Source: Octopus vulgaris (lineage: Eukaryota). From it: DNA of 64,000 bases. Shown here one piece after another: positions 52,793 through 64,000 of this stretch. The notes beneath the pieces were generated by a model. That model was not told where the DNA came from. It saw nothing but the letters and a program-made list of their open reading frames with translations, and did not search any database. The stretch is taken from contig OX597819.1 of the NCBI GenBank assembly GCA_951406725.2, positions 5,518,001 to 5,582,000 of the forward strand. Reading direction: 5' to 3'. Within the stretch, counting starts at the first letter, position 1, and each line of letters opens with the position of its first letter. The position numbers were made by a program, and so were the translations under genes.

Positions 52793-52949
52793 AGGAGTGG
52801 CTGTGTGGTAAGTAGCTTGCTTCCCAACCACACGGTTCCGGGTTCAGTCCCACAGCGTGGCACCTTGGGCAAGTGTCTTCTGCTATAGCCTCGGGCCGAC
52901 CAAAGCCTTGTGAGTGCATTTGGTAGACGGAAACTGAAAGAAGCCCGTC

Positions 52950-53031
<82 letters not shown>

Positions 53032-53150
53032 GTGTGTGTGTGTGCATAGAGACCGATAGAATAAGTCCAGGGGTCGATTTTCTCGATTAATGGCGGTGCT
53101 CCAGCATGGCCGCAGTCAAATGACTGAAACAGATAAAAGAATAAAAGAAC
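52793..53150 (+). mobile_element. SINE family A
   Basis: Family A head, TA/TG array, partial tail. Confidence 0.88.
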
Positions 53151-53782
53151 ACTCATTAGCTAATACAGTATTTTACTTTACATGCGAAAGACAAGTATTT
53201 ATCAGTAAAATCCTCACACAAGTTGTGAGCGAAACAAATGTTATGACGAAGCTTTTCTCATGTCCGTTGTATATCCTGATTTAGTGCTGTTGTACTGACT
53301 ACAACTATCATTTTCAAAGTTGTTACATATTGAGAATTAAATAATCTTTTTGTCCTTCAGGATCGAAAAACAGAAACGTGCTCGAACAAATATTTTGTAA
53401 ACAGCTCCGTCAAAAAGTGCCATACGCATAATGATATTACTAACAACACAAAGAAAAGAATGCAACAACAACAATTTCAACAACAATTCCAACACTAACC
53501 TTGAAGCAAAAATACACCACTGAATTAATCACCAGTAACAAAACCGCAAGCGTTTCGCCTCAAATAATACAATATTACATAAGCATTCATTTCTTTTTTG
53601 TGTGGGAGGATTTGGCATAAAAATCTATGTGTTACGTTTTTTAAAAATATTAAATTTTTTTTGTGTATTATTAATCTAACAGGAAAAGAAAAATATTGCA
53701 TTTAGTACCTGAAATCTAATTTTCGTTCCAATGAAAGAGATTGTCGAAACTCTAAATTTTCTATCTCGTCAATTCCATTCCA

Positions 53783-54286
53783 TCTCTTATATAAAATCCG
53801 ATCTGTGTGTGTGTGTTTGTTTGTTTGTGTGTGTGTGTGTGTGTGTGTGTGGCTTCTAGGATCTCGGACATCCTCCATCCGATTGAACTCAAATTTGATA
53901 TGTAGATATCGACGGTATCAAGGCGTGTATAAGTCTTGAAAAAATTACAAAAATCGATTCCAGGTGAGAATGCGATCGATAAAGCCGTGGGAAATCGTTT
54001 TTCTTTGGAATAGAAAAAAGTCTATCTTTATTTCTTCTTTTGCTGGTGTCTCAAATTTAGGTTAAATCAGCGTTTCTCAAAGGGGGGACCTATGGGACGG
54101 TCGGACAAGTTGTTTTGAGAAAATTTGGTTTAAATGTTTGACAACACAGCACCGTCCATTGGACGGGGCGGGGGGCGTTTTGCTCGAATTGAATATATTG
54201 CTTTCTAAATTATTCTTATCGACACTGACCTCCATAACTATTTTCAAATGTTTCAAACTTACAAGGGAACTCTACGTGATAGCTAG
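53783..54286 (+). mobile_element. Helitron-derived non-autonomous element (second family)
   Basis: A|TCTCTTATATAAAA start, (TG)n, CCGATTGAACTCAAATTTGATATG core, CTAG near the end. Confidence 0.6.
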
Positions 54287-55229
54287 ACTTACTAGAAAGT
54301 AGGAAGCAAATTTTCCTCAAATCGCACATCACCGACTTAGAAAAGGAAGGACTGTTTATAAATTTGTCCTGGATTCCCTGCACATTGGGAAAAGAGCAGA
54401 GGGGAGGGTTATAACTGAAATCATTGACTTATTTAATCAGGCCTGGCACGAGGCGAACCAATAACAACACCAATAACGAATGTTACCAATGAACCTAGAT
54501 TCTTAGTTAATTCAGCGCACTCTTTTTGTTCAGCACTTTCTTTCGTTTCAGCGCACTCTTTAGCTACACTAAAGCATACGACCGAGGGCTTGTAACTTGT
54601 AAGCAGCCCAGCGCATTTCTAGTGAGTGAGATAAGACCTCGTTATACTCAAACTGATGAGTTGACTGTCAACCACTGTCCAACTGTCACTCATCAACAAT
54701 GGATATTTGAAGCAAAGGAAAATGGAATGAATCAGAAAATAGAAAGATTTAAAAGAATACAAATACACTGTGTAACAAAATTTTAGGTTTTTTTTGTCTT
54801 TGGTCAAGAAGTGCTATTTCCTCTTTGCTTTTATCTAGAAATCAAAGGAAATGACTACTATTCCCTTCAAAATTTTAGTTTTGTAACCTCGACATCAATG
54901 TTTTCAAACTGACCTGCTTTTCATTCCATTTCAGATAGATTCATTGCCGAGTTGCTGAAGAAGAAATATCGTTATAGCAAACCACCGATTTGCTCGTCAG
55001 TCGCTTGAGCAGGACCGTTATTGACTGACAATATGTGCATCTCTGACCATGAGCAGCAGTAGTGGGGGAGTAGCTTAGCCATATGTTGAGAGAGATTCTT
55101 TAGGGTTTTAAAAAATGTAACAAAAGCAAATTTTGAAAGAAATATTAGCCATTTTTCATACCTTCTAGGAGTAAGCAAACAGGATATAACAATTACTACC
55201 TAAGGACAAAAAAAGTGTTACATAGAGAT

Positions 55230-55445
55230 ATCGGTTTCAAGTTTTGGCACACGGCCAGCAATTTTGGTGGTGTGGTTGAGTCGATTACATTGACTCCAAT
55301 GCTCAACTGTTACTTGTTTTATCGACCTCGAAAGGATGAAAGGCAAAGTCGAACTCGGCGGTATTTGCAGTTAGAATGTAAAGACGGACGAAATACCGTT
55401 ATGCATTTTGCTCGATGCGCTGACGATTCTGCCAGCTTGCCGCCT
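55230..55445 (-). mobile_element. SINE family C
   Basis: Family C similarity. Confidence 0.8.
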
Positions 55446-55749
55446 CAAAGAGTACAAATATCAATATGAGAGAGACAGAGTTAATATAAAATGCTGTAGC
55501 TATACTTCCATCTTTTTAGTTGGTTCAAACGTATCTTGACACATTTTCGCGAGTTATTGTTGTCTACGAATGTGTATATGTCCCTGGGTTGAGTTGGCGG
55601 CCTGTTGCCCAACACTTCGTTCCTAATGTAGGAAAGCTGTCCCGGTTGAAGTGAGCATGGTGAATTAATAAAATCTATAGTACTCAAGTGGAGAAGTGGT
55701 ACTTAGAATCATTATGACGTGTCAGTGGAAGAGTGAAAGTACATTACGT

Positions 55750-55792
<43 letters not shown>

Positions 55793-55797
55793 GTATG

Positions 55798-55941
<144 letters not shown>

Positions 55942-56093
55942 AAAAAATGAAATGAAGAAAATGCTGACAAAATAATTTAAGTAAGGGAGAGTGTATTTAA
56001 TTAGGTGAAAGTTCTTTTTACCGGTTGCGCATTTGTTATGCTTATCAAAAGATATTTTTTAAAGAGAGATAGAGTTACTTTCTGATAGATTTT

Positions 56094-56154
<61 letters not shown>

Positions 56155-56911
56155 GAAGAAATAAATAAAGCGAATGGAAAGGCGTGTGGCTAAAAAGTTT
56201 ACTTCACAGTGACATGGTTCCACGTTCGATTTCCTGTGTGGTACGCTGGGAAAATGCTTCCTACTATATCCACAGTTATACATACATACACACGTGCACA
56301 TACATATACACATAGTTTGTGTGTGTGTATGTGTGTGAGTTCCTTTATGTCCTAAGTTAACTTAGCCATCCGATAAATAGATATCTATAAAATTAAACGG
56401 GTGATATCTCAGTTAGCTGCAGTCTAATGACCGAAACCAGTAAACTTGCCTCGGCAAGAGAAGTTGTTGAGCAAACGCGTCAGCCGTTATTTAACTGCTG
56501 AGTGTGATCTGTGCAGTGATCATCAGTACGACGTTCGTTCTGCATTGACCCAGTTAAATTTGTTGTACGTGGGCGTAGGACAGTAGATGATGATTAACAT
56601 AGACATGAATACCATAAACAAGAAGTCTTTCACTAAAAAAGAAAGAGCATTAAATCTGCAGTGAAACGAAATTTTGTTATAGCTCCAACTAAAAATTACT
56701 TAAATGTTTTCGTGATGGTTGGATAACGAATAAAATAACAGATTGAGTGTCGGTTAATGACTGTGAGTCTAATCTTTGGTTTAGTCAAATAATATATATA
56801 TACTTATAATTGATATAGGATAAAATGCTTTTCGGGAAAAAATTTTTATCAATGGCCCTCATATCAAAAAATGCCTTTAAAGGTAAAACTTATACATAAT
56901 TTACAAGTATG

Positions 56912-56970
56912 TGCCGCTGAAGAGGGGAAAATTTCTTGTGAATTAACCCCGAAATTGGACCAATACGGTA
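56912..56970 (+). ncRNA. Canonical-core type I hammerhead ribozyme
   Basis: TGCCG-CTGAAGA-GGGG...CCCC-GAAA-TTGG-A-CCAA-TA-CGGTA: all three stems pair; AUA site after 56965. Confidence 0.8.
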
Positions 56971-57317
56971 ATAACGAATTTTTTAGAGATTCCTATCGGT
57001 TTGTTTCGAGACGCATAAATTTAATGGTTATCGACAATTTTTTGTTTCGGCGTATCTGGCATTAGAATTTTTCTTCTGCCCTTATCTTGTAAATTATATA
57101 TATATACTTAAGCAAGAATCTTGTTGACTGTAACTTCCAAGTTTCGGCCACCTAAGCCATTCGACAGACTGGCCGAAACTTCGAAGTCACTGTCAACAAC
57201 AACATTCTTATTTAAGAATAATAAATTTATACTCTACAATAGTATAGAGCAACCTAGCAGATTAATGTAAATTTGTGAACATAAACAAATTTACACATGC
57301 ACACTCACATACAACCT

Positions 57318-57369
<52 letters not shown>

Positions 57370-57457
57370 CTCATGCGGAATGAGAAAACGATATGACAAA
57401 TAAGGGAACAATTAACAGCAGAATATCCATATTGACGACAGACTGACAACAATGTTC

Positions 57458-58246
57458 GGATCTTTTCGGTTTGAACGGCAGTTTTTAAAAATAATTTCCA
57501 CGTAACTAAACACTTTTAAACTTCGTATACTGGTAGAATGTGTCGCATAAAACATCTTTTTCTCTTGGCTTTATTGAGAAAATTCTGTAGTTTGTAAGAT
57601 ATTTGTAAGATATTTTCTTCATCTTGGTAATTTCAACCAATCAATGACGTCTATTGAGGTGAAAACATCTGCCGTAAAATTTTCTGGCGGTGAAATATGA
57701 AAATGTCCCTCGTTTAAGAAACAGATTGGGTTTATTTACATTTCTGAAGAAAAAAAGATACCCTTCCCCCACCCCTAACCCTAACCTAAACCCTAACCCT
57801 AACCTTAACCCTAACCCTAACCCAACCCCTAACCCTAACTCTAACCCTAACCCTAACCCTAAAACAGATTGAAATCGATCGATACTAGGCTCATAATTAT
57901 GGGTGGACACTAAAGAGGGAACGGTTTTGTTATCCAGCTCTGTTTACGAGTGATCCCTCAGTTTATGGCCACAGGGTATCTTTTTTTCTCATAAAAAAAC
58001 GGACATTTTCATATGACGCCGCCATAAAATGTTACGGCAGAAATCGTTTTCAGACGTCATTGATTGGTTGAAATTGCCGAAATGCAAGAAATTAAAGACC
58101 AAATATCTTACAAACTATAGAATTTTCTCAATAAAGCCAAGAGAAAAAGATGTTTTATAAACACATTCTACCAGTATACGAAGTTTAAAAGTGTTTAGTT
58201 ACGTGGAAATTATTTTAAAAAACTGCCGTTCAAACCGAAAAGATCC
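57458..58246. mobile_element. Foldback MITE with ~230-bp inverted arms, internal (CCCTAA)n and perfect 8-bp TSD
   Basis: Same TIR as the 16130 element; TSD CAATGTTC at 57450-57457 and 58247-58254. Confidence 0.93.
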
Positions 58247-58429
58247 CAATGTTCTATAAATTTAAGAAAGGGTTCAGATTAGAATTCCGAGAAAATTACC
58301 GAGGCAAGAAGTCTGAAACATTATGACTTTGACGACAAAGATCATAACGGTAATCTAAATATATCATTTATAAAAAAAAGTTTGGTGAGATTTTATTTTA
58401 ATAGATTAGTCAGCGGAGGCTGGGTAGGG

Positions 58430-58990
58430 GAAATGAATACGACCTGTGAATAATGTCCGATCCCTTGTTGATGTCGCTTCGATCATATATAAATCTCCTT
58501 TTGAAGTAAACACGTAGGCGTGGAGGAAATTCCGGAAGGTCGAAGCTCTGCAGAAGAGGGATTGGTCCATGTGTTTTACGCGTGGCTTTGGAATTAGAGG
58601 AAGAGGTAAGTAATTCAAGATGGAGTAGGTGTGACTATGCTAACTAGTTCAGATAGAGAGGGTATTATTGATACTTAGAAAAACGACAAATATGTTGAGT
58701 CATTCACCTAATCAGTCAGCTTGCTTTATTTTTGGTGCAGTATAGGTAATAAAGTTGGTATTACTTGGGCTTTGTAAAGGGTCAACAATTCATCAGAGTT
58801 CAAACACTTTAAATACGTTCTGTTTCTGAAGAAATTTAATCTTTAGGATTAAGTTTTAGATGTGTTATGTATGTTGCGTTCACAAGCTTGAAGGATTTAT
58901 CCAAAATCTTTCACGAATGCCAAATATGGAAAGGTGAACTTCGCTACATAAGATCCTTAATAACAGACATAATGTCAATTTGACTCAGTC
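58430..58990 (-). mobile_element. Old L2/Crack-type LINE 3' remnant
   Basis: LIPKPRVKHMDQSLFCRASTFRNFLHAYVF resembles the terminal SFFxRxxxLWNxLP motif. Confidence 0.55.
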
Positions 58991-59447
58991 ACGTTAGTAA
59001 AATATATAATCTAAATTAAGAAGAACTGAATTCAAAAATGATTTAGTCCCGAAGTGTTTATATCAGAATTATTTTGAAGAAAAGTATTAGTCGTCTTCAG
59101 TGCTGGTAGAGCGGACTTTAAATACGGAGGCGGTTTGTTTTTTCCTTTCTTTATTTCCAAGATTAATCGTGGAAATATATTACATAACAGCCCGGGGGAA
59201 TTTGAAGTTTTGAAATTAGAATCTCAGTTGACTTAATGTCAGCTTAATTTTTGTAACACGTACATCAGTAATATCCTGTAACTGTCAGTCAAAAAGCTGA
59301 GTAGAACATTTCTAAACCTCGTGATTAGACAAGCCTGCTGTATCTACCTACCCACTTCCTTTCCACTCCCACAATTGAAAGCATAATTATGAGTATGTGT
59401 CCGTCTATGCGTGCGTATGTATATGATTTATGCATATATATATATAT

Positions 59448-60379
59448 ATATCAAGAACAATCTTACTTAGAAAGGGATGCGTGCGTTCCGTCATATAATA
59501 TATTAATAAATAAAACATATACATATATATATACATATATGTACGTACCTACCTCTACATGTATATATACACGCATATATGAGTACAGGACACCAAAAAA
59601 ACGTCGAACACAATGAGAAACGAAAACATAGACACAAACCCAAGGAACTGGACATTTTTCTTAAACAAAAAAAATAGAGTACAGGACAAATAACACAAGG
59701 AAAAACCCCTTCTTCAGTCGCCATGGTTTCATCTACTCTACGTTTCGAAGGTGAAGGCGAGACGTATCTTCGATAGAAACTTTCCTTCCTGCGAAAAGCA
59801 AATCAAATAAAATTTGAGATCTTTTTGCAGAGGGGTAAAAATGGTAACAAAAATAGGACAGTAACGACAGTACAAAATATAAACAGTAAAAAACAGGACA
59901 AGGAGAATAACAAGACAAGAAGGGCTGTTAAGCCGAACGAAAAAATGTATTACGAGCGCTATTTTTGAGAACGGCGAAGGGGGCAAAGAAAATTGCCGTC
60001 CACACCTCAAGAAGGTCAGGCGAGAAAGAAGGTGACAAGGCTCTCGTCGCAGGTTAACGGCGGGAGGGAGGAGGAGGAATAAGAGAAAGGGAGAGAAGAA
60101 AGGGGAATGTTTATGAGGAAACCAGAAAGAATGAAGAATGAGAGAGAGGGAGAGAGAGAGTGTGAAGAATGAGAGAGAGGGAGAAACAGTTAAGTAGAAG
60201 AAAAGGAAATCAAAGAATGAATGCAGAGAAAGAGAGGGGACAGAAAGGTTAAGAGTGCGCATCAAAATTAATATCAAGAACAATCTTACTTAGAAAGGGA
60301 TGTGTGCGTTCCGTCATATAATATATTAATAAATAAAACATATGCATATATATATATACATATATGTACGTACCTACCT
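59448..60379 (-). mobile_element. Second non-coding PLE-like element with ~108-bp direct repeats
   Basis: Direct repeats 59448-59554 and 60271-60379; CT-rich core on the minus strand; degenerate HHR boxes at 59685-59800; (TA)n flanks. Confidence 0.65.
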
Positions 60380-60389
60380 ATATATATAT

Positions 60390-60570
60390 ATAGTTAATCC
60401 AAACAAGAAAGCACAAAAAAACACAACAACGCGAGGACGTGGAACAAATATAGTATTATTGGACGCTCAGGAAAGAAGGGAAGAAGGAGCCCTTAACGTT
60501 TCGAGCAGAGCTCTTCGTCGGAAACATAGGAGAGGAGAAGGAAAGATCCAAGGAAGGTTAGTGGAAGACA
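60390..60570 (-). mobile_element. PLE pLTR fragment with minimal hammerhead motif (60490-60525)
   Basis: Minus strand CCGACGA-A-GAGC-TCT-GCTC-GAAACGTT; stem I is weak. Confidence 0.6.
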
Positions 60571-60664
60571 TGTAGGGTCGTATATTCCGCGACGGTTGTG
60601 TTCTTATATATATATATATAGACGCTTGTCACTCTGTGTCAGGTCTCCGAGAACTACATTAGGG

Positions 60665-60797
<133 letters not shown>

Positions 60798-60817
60798 GAC
60801 AAACAAAAGAAAGCACA

Positions 60818-63173
60818 GGTAATTAAAATAATCAATCTCTCGAATAAAGAACTTACACCTAACGAAATAAGCATACTTTCCAAAGGACTTAAATTTACAC
60901 CAACCCCACAACGTTCAAATTACTATGAAATGTTAGTTAGTTAGTTAGTTAATTTTTTGGCTCAAAAAGCAAAAAGCAAGGCCATGTAGGGGGACATGGA
61001 GTTATGTACAGGGTGGTGTTCGTGTAAAGAGTTCAGGCCACTTGAGGTCAAGGGAGAAATGAAAGACGATATTTTGGAATTTTGTAGGAAACTAAGACTT
61101 GCCGAGGAATTTCATGGCAAAGAAATATATGATGAATCAATAGCTAGAAACAACAGCAATTACACCCCTTCCAAGGGAAAGAATAAAGCCTTAGACCGCT
61201 ATTGTGACTACATAACTAATTCCCCTTTTCAATTCACAAAGAAACAAAAATACAGCCCTAACTTTAACAAAAGAGAATGGAACGACCTCATCAAACTAAG
61301 AGAAGACAAAACAATAACAATTAAGGAGGCAGATAAGGGCAACGCGGTAGTTTTAATGAATACAAACGATTATAAAAATTTAGTGCTATCCCTATTAAGA
61401 GATGAAACATATTATGAAAGGGCCCAACATTATGATCAACCAAAAATAATGTATAACCTCAGGACATTAATCAACACATACCGAGAAGGACCCACGGACA
61501 AGGAGTACGAATACATCACTAACTTTAAGTGCAAATCAAGTTTGTTCTACGGTATCCCTAAAGTCCACAAAAACCAAATAATTAGTGAAACATGCAAAAC
61601 ATCTACCGATATACTCATCAAAATCCCTTCACCAAATGATCTTAAACTTAGACCGATAATAGCAGGCCCAGCATGTGAAACTCACCGCCTCAGCAACTTC
61701 TTAAACCTTTCCTAAAGCACATCAAAAACTACGTAAGAAACGATATAGACATGCTTGACCACCTCCCAAAAACAGTCAATGAGAAAACCCTTCTAGTATC
61801 CTTCGACGTAATTAACCTTCATTCAAACATCTCTCACACCCTAGGAATAGAAGCGATCACTTTCTGGCTAAACAACTACTCCTTTGAACTCCCAACTTGC
61901 ATAAATAAAGAACTTATAATAGAAGGATTAGATTTATTTTAGAAAACAATTACTTTATTTTTGATAATAATTTCTACAGACAAAGATCGGGAACAGCGAT
62001 GGGTACGCGTACTGCGCCTTCTTTTGCCAACCTAGTGATGGGATACCTCGAGAAAATACTCTACCAGAAAACACTCGAGAAATATGGAAACACTTTCTCC
62101 ACCTATATCCAGAACAACTGGAAAAGATATCTCGACGACTGCTTCATCCTCTGGGATGAAAGTATAGAAAAACTTGAGGAATTTAAAATACTATTAAATG
62201 GAATAAATGAAAATATTCAGTTCACGATAGATCATAACGAAGAAGAATTGCCATTTTTAAACATCCTCATTAAGAAGTCGGCAACAAAATAGAGACAGAT
62301 ATCTATTATAAACCGACAGACTCCAAGCAGTACCTACCCTTTGATTCATGCCACCCAAGACACACTAGAATAAATGTCCCTTTTTGTTTAGCTAGAAGGA
62401 TTTGCACCATAATATCAGACACAAACACCCGACACACACGTCTCCAGGAACTTAGAACTACACTCATAAATAGAAATTATCCACAGCCCCTAATAGACAG
62501 TGCAATCCAACGAGCACTTAAATTAAGTATAGAAGACCTGAGACAAACAAAACCAAAAAAAAGAAAGAAAAATTAAAAACCCTTCCCTACATCTCTACAC
62601 AACCCACTTAATAGTGAGGCCTTCAACACCATTCTACAAAGCACAGCCCTACTAAAGGGAGACCCAAAGATGAACCGGATCCTCGAAACACACACCATCA
62701 TTAAAAGTAAACGGCAACCAAAATCCTTAAAAAAGATTTTAACCCAAGCTAAACTGCACTGAACAACAACCACAAAACCAGCAGTTAGAAAGCCCAACTG
62801 CGGAATCTGTGTCATCTTGGTAGAAGGTTCAGAATTCACATTAGAACAAGGCCATCAGTTTACCATCAGAACAAACTTCACCTGTGCATCAGAAAACTTA
62901 ATTTACGTCTTAACATGCGCAGGCTGCAATAGGCAGTATATAGGCCATACAAAAAAACAGCTTACGAAAAGGATGGCGGTGCATAAATCCCAAATTAGAA
63001 ATCCGGAATACAGGAAAATACCAGTCCGCGGACACATAGATAGATGTGCTTCAAATAAAAATCCCAAATTCACAACTTGCTCACTTTACAAATTCACTCA
63101 ACACCAAAATAAAGAACTTTATTTCATTAGAAAATTCGGACCAAGTTTGAACACCCTGGGCCAGGAATATTAA
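60818..63173 (+). pseudogene. Penelope-like element (Neptune-type) RT + GIY-YIG, frameshifted
   Basis: IINLS...[94 protein letters not shown]. Confidence 0.93.
60933..61055 (-). mobile_element. Short retroposed 3' tail with (TAAC)n inserted in the PLE ORF
   Basis: TSD GAAATG (60927-60932, 61056-61061); removing it restores ...NYYEMKDDILEF. Confidence 0.8.
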
Positions 63174-63477
63174 AACAACCAATGAGCTGCTGCAACCCCA
63201 ACCACCACCACCACGATTACTACTACTACGACCAACAGTCGCTGCTGCTACTGCCATTTCAACCGCTGGTCATTCGGACACATAAGACAGCTAAAAACAA
63301 CCACGTGGATTCTGTTGAGACCAGTAAGAAGCAATTATGAACTTTTTTATTACACTTAACTTTTTAAAATATTTTTGATAAGGTTCGTTTTTTCAAAAAG
63401 AACCGAAACATGTAAATTTTCTAAGAAAATTAAAATTTATCTTATATAGTGGCGTTTTCAAACTTATTTTTTTATAA

Positions 63478-63765
<288 letters not shown>

Positions 63766-64000
63766 ATGCGTATCTGCATAATATGATAACAATCGTATGT
63801 GGAATTAAAATATAACTCACACATGCAGCCACACTAATATTCACAGTGGGGTATAATCGCTTCCTTTCACTGACGAAAGCAGATTTAGTGGAATGTGCTT
63901 CAAAAATAATATTGAAAATAATATTTCGTAGTCTTGTAAACAATATTTTAGTCACTTTTCCTTTTGTGTCACTTTTTGATTATTCGGTCTTGACGAGATG

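Larger units (their letters stand above)
50655..53587. repeat. 171-bp near-perfect inverted repeat (50655-50825 / 53417-53587)
   Basis: Arms are reverse complements with one mismatch seen by eye. Confidence 0.9.

Noticed and set aside
57772-57862. (CCCTAA)n as a chromosome end or fusion scar
   Set aside because: Internal to a TIR element with a TSD.
60996-61055. MELCTGWCSC N-terminus of ORF 60996-61715
   Set aside because: Derived from an antisense insertion with a TSD, not from the PLE protein.
62759-62762. In-frame TGA in the PLE as selenocysteine (as in Naiad PLEs)
   Set aside because: The element has a C-terminal endonuclease and several frameshifts, and the TGA is not at a cysteine position: ordinary decay.
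63870-63905. CTGACGA-AAGCA...TGCTT hammerhead-like start (also 54653 CTGATGA-GTTGA...TCAAC and 42811)
   Set aside because: GAAA box and stems I/III are missing.

Overview
AT-rich, repeat-saturated eukaryotic DNA. The SINE families, (TA)n/(CA)n/(GA)n microsatellites and TTAGGG-containing MITEs point to an octopus (coleoid cephalopod) genome; this is an inference. There is no intact long gene. The window holds many copies of four tRNA-derived SINE families, decayed LINEs (R4/Dong-type RLE, CR1/L2, RTE, Tx1/L1), a Ty3/gypsy remnant, Chapaev3 and mariner transposase pseudogenes, non-autonomous Helitrons and MITEs, and two Penelope-like (PLE) RT/GIY-YIG fragments. The most interesting layer is invisible in the ORF track: a set of hammerhead-ribozyme (HHR) motifs in PLE pseudo-LTRs and in small non-coding PLE/retrozyme-like elements. 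These include one canonical HHR (56912-56970), a family with a fixed CCGAAGA core and a competing fold, and an inversion junction that falls at the predicted cleavage site. Most of these elements sit in (TA)n arrays. Two or three minus-strand exon candidates may splice into the N-terminus of a secreted or membrane protein whose introns would span much of the window.
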